From Deltaproteobacteria bacterium (lineage in GTDB: Bacteria > Desulfobacterota > Binatia > UBA9968), in the NCBI GenBank assembly GCA_016210115.1, contig JACQUW010000216.1, positions 164 to 64,163 of the forward strand: a DNA stretch of 64,000 bases, given 5' to 3'. The position numbers were made by a program, and so were the translations under genes. Of the stretch, positions 48,875 to 57,517 are shown one piece after another. Numbering within the stretch: position 1 is the first letter of the stretch; each line of letters begins with the position of its first letter. Below the pieces are notes generated by a model. That model ran no database searches and had not been told where the DNA came from. It saw nothing but the letters and a program-made list of their open reading frames with translations.

Positions 48875-49780
48875 ATGCCGCATCTGACGGTCGATCTATC
48901 GGTGGTGGTGCCTTTTTACAACGAAGAGGGAAACATCCGCGCGCTCTACCGGGAGATGAAGAAAACCTTGGACGCAGTGCGCCGGGACTACGAATTCGTC
49001 CTGGTGGATGATGGTAGCCAGGATCAGACCGGCGCCATTCTTGATGAGATAGCGAGAGCCGACCGGCGCACGCGCGTGGTCCATCTCGCCCCCAATCAGG
49101 GTGAAGCTGCCGCGCTTTCTGCGGGCTTTCGAGAAGCCCGAGGGCGGATCATCGTAACGCTCGACGGCGATGGCCAAAACGATCCTCAAGATATCCCTGC
49201 TTTGTTGGCCAAGTTGGAACAAGGCTATGCGGTGGTGACCGGGCGCCGTCGCGAGCGGCGGGAAAACTATTGGGCGCGGGTTCTGCCGTCGCGTCTGGCG
49301 AACGGCCTGATCGCGCGCGTGACCGGTGTTCCCGTACATGACTGTGGCTGCGGCCTCAAGGTTTATCGCTCTGAAGTCATTTCCGGGGTCTATCTGCCGC
49401 ACGGAATGCACCGGTTCTTGCCCGCAATCCTGCCAGTGGCGGCTGGCGCGGTGGCTGAAATTGACGTTGCGGATCGAGCGCGCCAGTCGGGCCAATCCCA
49501 CTACGGCCTGCGGCGGGTTTTCAGCGTAATCCGTGATCTGCTGCCGGTGCGCTGGATCCGGCGCGGGCAATCAAGAGCAGAGCGGAGCGTTATCCGGGCG
49601 CTCTCGCTGGCGACTCTGGCTTTTGTTCTTATCTCGGGCTCGATGCTGTCCACGAGAACTCCAGTCAAGCTGGCGGCGTCATTTATCGCTGGGATTGGCG
49701 CATTCTATTTCGTCATCGCTTTGAAACGGGTGCGCGAGTTTACCCGCTCCCAACTCCGATCACGTCAAGAACAAGAATAG
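48875..49780 (+). CDS. GT2 polyprenyl-phosphate glycosyltransferase (GtrB/ArnC/DPM1-like) with C-terminal TM helices
   Basis: LSVVVPFYNEEGNI, FVLVDDGSQD and TLDGDGQNDP (DxD), plus two C-terminal hydrophobic helices. Confidence 0.85.
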   Translation: MPHLTVDLSVVVPFYNEEGNIRALYREMKKTLDAVRRDYEFVLVDDGSQDQTGAILDEIARADRRTRVVHLAPNQGEAAALSAGFREARGRIIVTLDGDGQNDPQDIPALLAKLEQGYAVVTGRRRERRENYWARVLPSRLANGLIARVTGVPVHDCGCGLKVYRSEVISGVYLPHGMHRFLPAILPVAAGAVAEIDVADRARQSGQSHYGLRRVFSVIRDLLPVRWIRRGQSRAERSVIRALSLATLAFVLISGSMLSTRTPVKLAASFIAGIGAFYFVIALKRVREFTRSQLRSRQEQE

Positions 49781-49800
49781 GTCATCTCGAAAGGTCGCTC

Positions 49801-50847
49801 ATGTCATCCTATCACTCAGAGATCGGCCTGGCGCTTGTGGGTGCCGGCTATTGGGGAACGAATCTGGCGCGGACCTTCACTGCCACCCCGGGGATTGCCC
49901 TGAAGGTCGTCTGTGATCGCCGCAGAGCCGCTCTTCAGGAGATTCAGAAGAGGTATACGGGGGTGGAGGTCACCGACTCCTGGAATAGCGTGGTCGGGAG
50001 TTCTGAAATCGATGCCGTCGTTCTCGCGACACCTCCTTCCACTCATTACAGACTTGCTCGGGAAGCTTTGTCCGCCGGGAAGCATACGTGGGTCGAAAAA
50101 CCCCTGGCTTTGCGCTACGAAGAAGGACGGGGTCTCGTCGAGGCAGCCCGAAAAGCCAAGCGCATGCTCTTTGTGGATGAAACTTTTCTCTATGATGCGC
50201 TCGTGGAACGAGCCAGGGAACTGATTGCGACCGGCAGCATCGGAAAACTTTATCATGCTTCATTCGAGCGCACCGGCATGGGCCGAATTCGGCGTGATTC
50301 AAATGTCTGGTGGAACTCGGCTCCTCACGACCTGTCGGTTTTGCGCCACGTCTTAAATCTACCAGTTCTACGGATGTCGGTTTTCGGACATGCGCGAGTC
50401 CAGCGCGGTATTGAAGATGTGGTTTGGGCGGCGCTGGAGCTTGGGGAGAATGTCTCGCTTCACCTGTACCTGAGCTGGCTTTTTCCCGATAAAAGGGCGC
50501 GCATGACGATTGTGGGCGAGACCGGAATAATCGAATATGAAGGGCGATTCGAGAAGCGAGCGCTCAGGCGATATAACTACAAGCTGGGAAAGATCACCTC
50601 AGAGACGCCCGAAGAGATCTCCAGCGCGAATTTGATTCCCATCGAATCGTTCGAGGTAACCGAGACGATTCAGGATGACCGCAGGGAGCCCTTGCTTGTT
50701 AGCTGTGCTGCCTTTCGGGACAGCATTCTCAGCGGCCTGCCTGCCCCAAGCAGCGGCGAGCGATCCCTGGCAACCGTCGCGGCTCTCGAAGCTGGAGACC
50801 ATTCTCTGGCCCAGAACGGTCTGTGGGTGCAAATACCCCAAGATTGA
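49801..50847 (+). CDS. Gfo/Idh/MocA-family NAD(P)-dependent oxidoreductase
   Basis: Rossmann N-terminus LALVGAGYWGTNLAR and the EKPLA motif (VEKPLALRYEEG). Confidence 0.85.
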   Translation: MSSYHSEIGLALVGAGYWGTNLARTFTATPGIALKVVCDRRRAALQEIQKRYTGVEVTDSWNSVVGSSEIDAVVLATPPSTHYRLAREALSAGKHTWVEKPLALRYEEGRGLVEAARKAKRMLFVDETFLYDALVERARELIATGSIGKLYHASFERTGMGRIRRDSNVWWNSAPHDLSVLRHVLNLPVLRMSVFGHARVQRGIEDVVWAALELGENVSLHLYLSWLFPDKRARMTIVGETGIIEYEGRFEKRALRRYNYKLGKITSETPEEISSANLIPIESFEVTETIQDDRREPLLVSCAAFRDSILSGLPAPSSGERSLATVAALEAGDHSLAQNGLWVQIPQD

Positions 50848-50866
50848 CACAAGCCCGCCGGAGGAA

Positions 50867-52645
50867 TTGAGAGCAACAAAGTTCCCCTTTTGGGAAAGAG
50901 GGGCCAGGGGAGATTTTCTGAAGACACGAGCTGCATTTTTGGCCCTCCCATTGGTCGTGGCCTGCTATTGTCTCTATTTCTGGGATCTGCAGGATATTCC
51001 GTTCTATGACAAAGGCGAGGCGCGGGAGGCCGTGGTAGTCTCCGAGATTTATTATCATAACGAGTGGATCTTGCCGCGCCGTAACGGGGTGCAGGTTCCC
51101 TCAAAGCCGCCCCTTTTTCATTGGCTGGCTGCTGCGGTTTCAAAAGCATCTGGGAGTTTAAACGAGTGGACCATTCGACTTCCGTCGGCTCTCTTCGGCG
51201 CGCTCGGCATCTTGCTCACTTTTGCCGCGGGCGTGTGGCTTTGGGGTGTTAGCGCCGGTTTTGCCGCTGCCGTCGTGCTGGCGACGAGCTTCGAGTGGTG
51301 GCGCGCAGCGACAGTGGCCCGCGTCGACATGACGCTGGCCTTTTTTATGGTCGCGGCCTTCCTCTTATTCTACTACATCTACCGCAAGGAGCACGTGAAA
51401 TGGGCGCATGGGCCTATTCTCGCCCTGTTGCTCGGGTTGGCGACACTGGCCAAAGGACCCGTCGGAATTGTCCTGCCTGGCTTCACCGCGCTCGTGTTTG
51501 TCTGGCTCAGACGAGATCTTGCTTTTTTAAATAAGCTCCGCCCTGCCGCCAGTGCGGCGGTCTTCTTGCTGGTCGCGCTTTCCTGGTATGGGCTGGCGTT
51601 ATGGAACGGAGGAGCGGATTTTTTTCAGAGGCAAATAATTCATGAAAATCTTGCGGCACCCTTGGGCGGCGGGGGTCACCGACAGCCTCTCTATTATTTT
51701 ATTCCGAGTCTCTTTGCGGGAATGGCTCCCTGGAGCGCGTTTTTACCCGCGGTCGCCGTTTTCCTCTATCGACGTCGCAACCGGCTCGCGGAAGAGGGCC
51801 TGCTTTATCCGGTTGTTTGGTTTACGGTGGTGTTTGTCTTCTTCTCCATTGCCTGGACCAAGCGGTCGGTTTACATTCTCCCTTTATATCCGGCCGTAGC
51901 TCTCATTCTCGGTGCCTGGTGGTCAGATTTGAGCAAAAAAGGAAAAGCGGATTCTGAATGGCTTTTTCGACTTGCCGGGTATGGAATCGGAAGTCTTTTT
52001 GTCATCGCCGGGACGGTGGTTTTATCCGAGCTTTTGGGGTGGAAGGTTTTCGTAAACCTGCGCGGTTTTCTCCACCCGAAAGACCAGGCCAATCTCGCTC
52101 TTCTCACCGCCCTGACGCACGATTACTTCTGGCAGCTTGTGGCCTGGTCCGTGGTTTCTCTAGCAGGCGGTTTGGTGATATTCCGATCTCTATGGCGCGC
52201 CCATTCCGAGCGGCTTCTGGCATGCGTCGGATTGATCACGGCCGCAATGCTATCTTTGGGCAACAATATCATTCGTGAGGAGGTGGCGAGAGTTCGGACG
52301 CTCAAGCCATTTATGAATCGGGTCATGCAGTCGGTGGAAAAAAAAGGCCCTATCTTTTTCTATCGATCCCAGGATTACGGGGCGATTTTTTACGCCCGGA
52401 GACACGTCCCCTTTTTGGACGTCAAAACAGTCACCCCCTATTTTCTCCTCATGTGGGAGCGGGAATGGGAACAGATAAAGGGACGCGGCGGCGTTGAGTT
52501 GTTGGATAGGAGCGAGGGCAAGGGGCCAGAGGGAAAAGACTCCATCGTGCTGGTCAGGGTGCGCGCGGGCGCGGATTTTCCGAGCCCAATGGAAGCCAAC
52601 GCTGCCGTCCCCCGGGGACGGGGTGATCCGTCCGATGAATTCTAA
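50867..52645 (+). CDS. GT-C fold glycosyltransferase, family 39/83 (ArnT/PMT_2-like)
   Basis: FYDKGEAREAVVVSEIY...LPRRNGVQVPSKPPLFHWL (the periplasmic-loop acidic motif of ArnT/PMT-like enzymes) and about 12 TM helices. The start is uncertain: TTG 50867 is the first in-frame candidate after the upstream stop, while the ORF-track start at 50675 overlaps the previous gene by 173 nt. Confidence 0.8.
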   Translation: MRATKFPFWERGARGDFLKTRAAFLALPLVVACYCLYFWDLQDIPFYDKGEAREAVVVSEIYYHNEWILPRRNGVQVPSKPPLFHWLAAAVSKASGSLNEWTIRLPSALFGALGILLTFAAGVWLWGVSAGFAAAVVLATSFEWWRAATVARVDMTLAFFMVAAFLLFYYIYRKEHVKWAHGPILALLLGLATLAKGPVGIVLPGFTALVFVWLRRDLAFLNKLRPAASAAVFLLVALSWYGLALWNGGADFFQRQIIHENLAAPLGGGGHRQPLYYFIPSLFAGMAPWSAFLPAVAVFLYRRRNRLAEEGLLYPVVWFTVVFVFFSIAWTKRSVYILPLYPAVALILGAWWSDLSKKGKADSEWLFRLAGYGIGSLFVIAGTVVLSELLGWKVFVNLRGFLHPKDQANLALLTALTHDYFWQLVAWSVVSLAGGLVIFRSLWRAHSERLLACVGLITAAMLSLGNNIIREEVARVRTLKPFMNRVMQSVEKKGPIFFYRSQDYGAIFYARRHVPFLDVKTVTPYFLLMWEREWEQIKGRGGVELLDRSEGKGPEGKDSIVLVRVRAGADFPSPMEANAAVPRGRGDPSDEF

Positions 52646-52815
52646 AAAAAAAGCGGGTCGATATCGTTGCCGCAGTCAGAAAGAAAGCTTTCCTTTAAGT
52701 CTATGACCTAGCGAGCTTTGTAGAAAAGCCCGGGTTTGCCTCCAATGGCTCAGAGCCCGTCGTGAGTTTTATCGAAGAGCAAACGGAGGAGGCCTTGAAA
52801 TTTAAGGATTTACCG

Positions 52816-52842
52816 TTCATGCTGAGCGTGTCGAAGCATGAA
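52816..52842. repeat. Palindromic element TTCATGCT-N11-AGCATGAA
   Basis: Perfect 8-bp arms in the spacer between the GT39 gene and htrA, followed by AAGCGTTTTT. It may act as a terminator for the upstream cluster. Confidence 0.4.
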
Positions 52843-53095
52843 AAGCGTTTTTCACAGGCTCAACGATAAAAAAAGTATCTGCTTCGCCGCGCCCGACCGC
52901 CTCACTTGGCGTACTTCCTGTTTCTCGCAGGCCTTGCATCCCGGACCTTCTTGATCCGTCTGAAAAGCAGCTTTGTTTTACCGGGGAAGGAGCTGAACCG
53001 GCCGACCCGGCCCTGCGTTTTTTTGGTGTTTAATTGGCACCGAATTCTGGTATGGTATGCGACGGGATCGGCAGATGGGAATAAGGAGAAAATCC

Positions 53096-54553
53096 ATGTT
53101 CGAAAAACGATACTCAGTGGCGGGCCTTCTCTCGGCAGCTATCGGGTCATTTGCTTTGGCAACGTTGTTTTTTTACCTTCCTATTTCTTCTCCGGTGATG
53201 GCCACAAATCCTCCTCAGATGGACGGGCGTTTCCCTTCTTTTTCGTCGATTGCCAGAAGAACGATGCCCGCGGTGGTAAACATTTCAACGACAACGCAGC
53301 GGAGTTCCAAATCGGGTGGGAGTATGCCCTTTGGCGCTCTGGATCCGCTGGAAGATTTTTTTAACCGTTTCTTCGGTGAGGCCGTGCCCAAAGAGGCGCC
53401 GCAGAGAAGCCTGGGTTCCGGCATTTTGATCAGCAAGGACGGAGAGATTTTGACGAATTATCACGTCGTGCGGAACGCCGAGGTCATTAAAGTCAAGCTC
53501 GCGGACCAAACGGAACATGAGGCTCACATCGTCGGTAAAGACGAGCGAACCGATCTCGCGCTCATCAAGATTAAGAAAGCGACGAACAATTTCCCGGTGG
53601 TGCGATGGGGGACTTCAACCAATCTCGAGGTCGGAGACTGGGTGATGGCGATCGGCAATCCTTTTGGCTTGGAACTTACGGTCACCGCCGGCATCGTCAG
53701 CGCCAAAGGCCGGGTCATTGGAGCCGGCCCTTACGACAAGTTCATCCAAACCGACGCCTCCATCAACCCGGGCAACAGCGGGGGGCCTCTGATCAACGTT
53801 CAAGGTGAAGTGGTGGGGGTCAACACCGCGATGTTTAGTCAGAGCGGAGGCAATATCGGGATCGGTTTTGCCATTCCGATCGACCTGGCGAGAAAAGTTG
53901 TGGATCAACTCAGAAAAAATGGCAGGGTGATAAGAGGCTGGCTGGGGATTCGCGCTCAGGACGTGACGCCACAAACGGCCGCGACGCTCGGGCTTCCACG
54001 CGCGACCGGCATTATGAGATTGGTTACCGAGGTCTCGGAGCATAGCCCCGCGGCGGAGGCGGGGATCAAAGCCGGCGATGTCATCCTGGAGTTTAACGGC
54101 AGGCCTCTCCCAAAAAATCAGGACCTGCGCTCGATTGTCGCGGATAGTTCTCCCGGACAGGTCGTGACGCTTAAAATTGCCCGCGAAAAAAGCGAGCGGC
54201 ATTTGTCCGTCATAATCGGCGAGCTGCCTGAAGACAGGGAAGTTACCTCTTCATTGGAGGGAAAGGACGCTGAGATCGGTGTCAAGGTTCAGAAGATCTC
54301 TCCGGAATTGGCCCGGCGTCATGGTTTAAGCGGCACCAAAGGAGTCCTGGTCGTCGAAGTCCAACAAGGAAGTCCCGCGGATCACGCCGGTATTGAAACA
54401 GGAGATGTCATTCGCGAGGTGAACCAGCGGCCCGTCAATACCGTTAAAGATTTTGAAAAATCGTTGAAGCAGAACCGAAGAGGCGATCGCGTCCTTCTCT
54501 TTATTCAGAGAGGAGAAAACGCCGTATTTTTTGCCCTTAAGAAAAAGGGCTAA
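53096..54553 (+). CDS. HtrA/DegP/DegQ-family periplasmic serine protease with two PDZ domains
   Basis: SD AAGGAG 7 nt before ATG 53096. Catalytic motifs TNYHVV, DLALIK and GNSGGPL, with two PDZ-like segments. Confidence 0.92.
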   Translation: MFEKRYSVAGLLSAAIGSFALATLFFYLPISSPVMATNPPQMDGRFPSFSSIARRTMPAVVNISTTTQRSSKSGGSMPFGALDPLEDFFNRFFGEAVPKEAPQRSLGSGILISKDGEILTNYHVVRNAEVIKVKLADQTEHEAHIVGKDERTDLALIKIKKATNNFPVVRWGTSTNLEVGDWVMAIGNPFGLELTVTAGIVSAKGRVIGAGPYDKFIQTDASINPGNSGGPLINVQGEVVGVNTAMFSQSGGNIGIGFAIPIDLARKVVDQLRKNGRVIRGWLGIRAQDVTPQTAATLGLPRATGIMRLVTEVSEHSPAAEAGIKAGDVILEFNGRPLPKNQDLRSIVADSSPGQVVTLKIAREKSERHLSVIIGELPEDREVTSSLEGKDAEIGVKVQKISPELARRHGLSGTKGVLVVEVQQGSPADHAGIETGDVIREVNQRPVNTVKDFEKSLKQNRRGDRVLLFIQRGENAVFFALKKKG

Positions 54554-54562
54554 GGAGGAACC

Positions 54563-54763
54563 ATGTTCGGACTCGGGATTCAAGAGTTGGTGATAATCCT
54601 GATCATCGCCCTGGTGATATTCGGTCCGGGTAAGCTTCCACAAATCGGGAGCGGACTGGGGAAGGCGATCCGCGATTTCAAGAAAGCGGTCACGGGCGAA
54701 GAGGGGGAAGAGCCCGGCAAAGAGGAAAAGGCCAAAGAAGCATCAAAGGAACTTCCCCGATAA
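54563..54763 (+). CDS. tatA: Twin-arginine translocase TatA/E
   Basis: MFGLGIQELVIILIIALVIFGPGKLPQIGSGLGKAIRDFKKA. Confidence 0.92.
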   Translation: MFGLGIQELVIILIIALVIFGPGKLPQIGSGLGKAIRDFKKAVTGEEGEEPGKEEKAKEASKELPR

Positions 54764-54783
54764 ATCTCTCGGCGCCGGTTTCC

Positions 54784-55569
54784 ATGGGAGATCTCGTCCA
54801 ACAGCAAAACTTAAGAAGCCAGCCATTTCTTGCGACAGTCGCCATGTACCTGGGCGGCATTGCATTCCTCTGCCGCGACCTTTTCCGCTGCCTGCGCAGA
54901 AGATGGGAAGGACGCCTGATCCTGGAGCAAATGGAACAGATTGGGGTCCGCTCTCTTTCCATTGTTATCCTGACAGCTGTTTTCACGGGGATGGTCCTCG
55001 CGCTCCAAATGGGAAATTATTTGACGCGCTTTGGCGCGAAGCCCTACGCAGGAAGGATCCTGGCGGTTTCGATGCTGCGCGAGATGGGCCCGGTGCTTAC
55101 GGCTCTGATGATTGGAGGGAGGGTGGGAGCGGGGATTACAGCCGAGATTGGTTCTATGAAGGTGACCGAACAGATCGATGCCTTGCGCTCGCTGGGGTCC
55201 GACCCGATTCAAAAACTGGTTTTCCCCCGTCTCGTTGCCTTAATTGTCATGCTGCCTTTGTTGACCGCTCTGGCGGATTTTGTGGGGATTCTCGGCGGAC
55301 TTTTTATCAGCGTCAAGGAGCTGGACATCAGCGGAGCTTTTTATCTGAACTCGATCCTGCAGTTCGTCAAATTCCAGGATCTCTTTAGCGGTTTAGGAAA
55401 GAGTTTCTTTTTCGCGTTTTTCATCGCCAGCATCGCTTCGTATAACGGTCTGCAAGCCAGCGGAGGAGCCGATGGAGTCGGCCGGGCCACCACCCGGACC
55501 GTCGTTGCGACTTCGATCACGATTCTCGTGTCCGATTTTTTCCTAACCAAATTGTTCTTGCAACTCTAA
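54784..55569 (+). CDS. mlaE: MlaE-family ABC transporter permease
   Basis: 261 aa. REMGPVLTALMIGGRVGAGITAEIGSMKVTEQIDAL is the MlaE/YrbE signature. Confidence 0.9.
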   Translation: MGDLVQQQNLRSQPFLATVAMYLGGIAFLCRDLFRCLRRRWEGRLILEQMEQIGVRSLSIVILTAVFTGMVLALQMGNYLTRFGAKPYAGRILAVSMLREMGPVLTALMIGGRVGAGITAEIGSMKVTEQIDALRSLGSDPIQKLVFPRLVALIVMLPLLTALADFVGILGGLFISVKELDISGAFYLNSILQFVKFQDLFSGLGKSFFFAFFIASIASYNGLQASGGADGVGRATTRTVVATSITILVSDFFLTKLFLQL

Positions 55570-55571
55570 TT

Positions 55572-56324
55572 ATGCAAGTCGCCGGATTCATCGAATGTCG
55601 GAATCTCCTAAAATCATTCGGAGAAAAAAAAGTCCTTCGAGGCGTCAATTTGTCGGTGGCGGAAGGCGAAACGATGGTGATCCTTGGCGGGAGCGGCTCG
55701 GGGAAAACTGTCTTGCTCAAACACATGAACGGCCTGATGAATCCCGAATCGGGAGAGGTTTTTCTGGATCAATTAGAGATAACCCGCCTCGGCGAGGAAG
55801 ACCTCAGGGAAGTCAGAAAAAAAGTCGCGATGGTTTTTCAAGGAAGCGCGCTGTTCGATTCCTTAACCGTGGAGGAAAACGTCGCTTATCCTCTGGAGGA
55901 GCACAGTCGTTTGTGCGTGAAGGAGATTGCCGAAAAAGTCCGGCAAATTCTCTCCCTGGTCGATCTGGACGGAAGCGAACGGCTCTATCCCGCGGAGCTG
56001 AGCGGGGGAATGAAAAAAAGGGCCGCCTTGGCCCGCGCCCTGGCGTTGAATCCCAAAATTTTGCTCTATGATGAGCCCACGACCGGTCTGGATCCCGCTA
56101 TGACTCACCGGATCAATGGTTTGATCCGGGAGATGCAAACGAGGCTTGGTGTCACGTCGGTCGTAGTGACCCACGATATTCACAGCGCCTTTGTGATCGC
56201 GGACCGGCTTGCTTTTATCCGGGAAGGACAGATACGATTTGTCGGCACCCGAGCGGAGCTGCAAACGTCCTCGGATTTGGCCGTCCGGGAATTTTTAGAC
56301 GCTGGATTCTCACCCGTCCCATGA
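55572..56324 (+). CDS. mlaF: MlaF-type ABC transporter ATP-binding protein
   Basis: Walker A GGSGSGKT, signature LSGGMKKR and Walker B ILLYDEPT. Confidence 0.9.
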   Translation: MQVAGFIECRNLLKSFGEKKVLRGVNLSVAEGETMVILGGSGSGKTVLLKHMNGLMNPESGEVFLDQLEITRLGEEDLREVRKKVAMVFQGSALFDSLTVEENVAYPLEEHSRLCVKEIAEKVRQILSLVDLDGSERLYPAELSGGMKKRAALARALALNPKILLYDEPTTGLDPAMTHRINGLIREMQTRLGVTSVVVTHDIHSAFVIADRLAFIREGQIRFVGTRAELQTSSDLAVREFLDAGFSPVP

Positions 56325-57517
56325 AACCCAAAACAGTCTCTCAGATCAGGGTTGGTTCGCTTGTGTTCCTTTCTCTCTTTCTGTTGGGCGCGGTAATCTT
56401 GTTCATGGGGAAAGAGAAACGGCTGTTCGAAAACAGGGTTCCGTTTGATGTCCATTTTTCCCGCACGGTAGGACTCCGGGTAGGCGCGCCGATCAGCCTG
56501 GGCGGGGTTACCGTGGGTTCTGTCGAGAACCTTTCTTTCCCTCGCGATGTGCACCAGAATTATATCGTCGTTCGTGTGAAGATCGTCGGTGAGGTCGCTC
56601 CTCGTATCCGCAAGAGCATGGTAGCGCGAATTCGCTCGCTGGGTCTTCTGGGAGACAAGTATATCGAGCTCTCGGGCGGGGGCCCATCCAGTGAGCCGCT
56701 GGCGCCGGGAGGAGTGATCGCGTCTGTGGATCCGATCGACTATGAGGCAATTCTGGGGGAAGGCGGAGATCTGGTCGAGAATTTTACTGAAATCGCGAAC
56801 TCACTGAAAAATATTTTGCGCTCTGTGGAGGAGGGGAAGGGGCTGCTCGGTCAGGTATTCGCCCCGGGTCAGGAAAGCAAGTGGCGTGACACAGCGGAGA
56901 ATCTCCGGGAGGCCTCCGGCTCGCTCAGACGGATCCTGGGCTCCGTGGAACGAGGCGATGGGTTGTTAGGCCAATTGGTTCAAAACCGCGAAGCGGGACG
57001 GGCCATGATGGACGATTTGGGAACCGCTCTACGCCAGGTGCGCAGAGCGACGGAATCGGGTCAGAGGATCGCGGAAAAGCTTGAGAAGGGGGAGGGAACT
57101 CTGGGAACCTTGATTCAGGACCCGAACGCTGGAAGAGAGATTCTGGCGAGCCTGAAAAGATCGACCGCAAACCTGGAAACTGTTGTTCTCCAGCTCCAGA
57201 AGGGTGAGGGTTTGTTCCAACGATTGATCGCCGACAAACCGTATGCCGATAATGTTCTGAGCCAACTGGAAGGGGCTACGCGAGACCTGGCGCAAATTAT
57301 AGGAAAAATCGAAGATGGCGAGGGAACCCTGGGCGCTTTGGTGAATGATCCCAAGCTCTATCACGAGGCCCACGAGGTATTGGGCAGCATTAAACACAGC
57401 TGGCTCTTGTCGATCTTTCGTTTTTTTCGAAACTCCGGCTCTTCCGGGGAACAGAGCTCTGGAGACATGTCTCGGGACCGAGGCAGAAAATCCGGAGCCG
57501 AGTCGCAGGACGATTAG
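56321..57517 (+). CDS. mlaD: MlaD/MCE-domain protein with a long repetitive helical C-terminus
   Basis: N-terminal TM helix, MCE domain (VGLRVGAPISLGGVTVGSVENL), then 5 degenerate repeats. 4-nt overlap with mlaF. Confidence 0.85.
   Translation: MKPKTVSQIRVGSLVFLSLFLLGAVILFMGKEKRLFENRVPFDVHFSRTVGLRVGAPISLGGVTVGSVENLSFPRDVHQNYIVVRVKIVGEVAPRIRKSMVARIRSLGLLGDKYIELSGGGPSSEPLAPGGVIASVDPIDYEAILGEGGDLVENFTEIANSLKNILRSVEEGKGLLGQVFAPGQESKWRDTAENLREASGSLRRILGSVERGDGLLGQLVQNREAGRAMMDDLGTALRQVRRATESGQRIAEKLEKGEGTLGTLIQDPNAGREILASLKRSTANLETVVLQLQKGEGLFQRLIADKPYADNVLSQLEGATRDLAQIIGKIEDGEGTLGALVNDPKLYHEAHEVLGSIKHSWLLSIFRFFRNSGSSGEQSSGDMSRDRGRKSGAESQDD
56825..57337 (+). repeat. Five degenerate ~38-45-aa repeats centred on the motif [VLI]-[EQ]-x-G-[KDE]-G-[LT]-[LF]-[GQ]
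   Basis: VEEGKGLLGQ, VERGDGLLGQ, LEKGEGTLGT, LQKGEGLFQR and IEDGEGTLGA at residues about 169, 209, 254, 292 and 330 of the MlaD-like protein. Confidence 0.7.

Noticed and set aside
50675-50866. N-terminal extension of the GT39 ORF overlapping the Gfo/Idh/MocA gene by 173 nt
   Set aside because: The extension has no hydrophobic or family features and lies inside a well-supported gene. The real start is most likely just after the upstream stop (TTG 50867 is the candidate, but the exact codon is uncertain).
53033-53050. Sigma-54-like TGGCAC upstream of htrA (TGGCACCGAATTCTGG)
   Set aside because: The -12 element lacks the invariant GC at the correct spacing (it reads TTCTG), so it is not a credible -24/-12 promoter.
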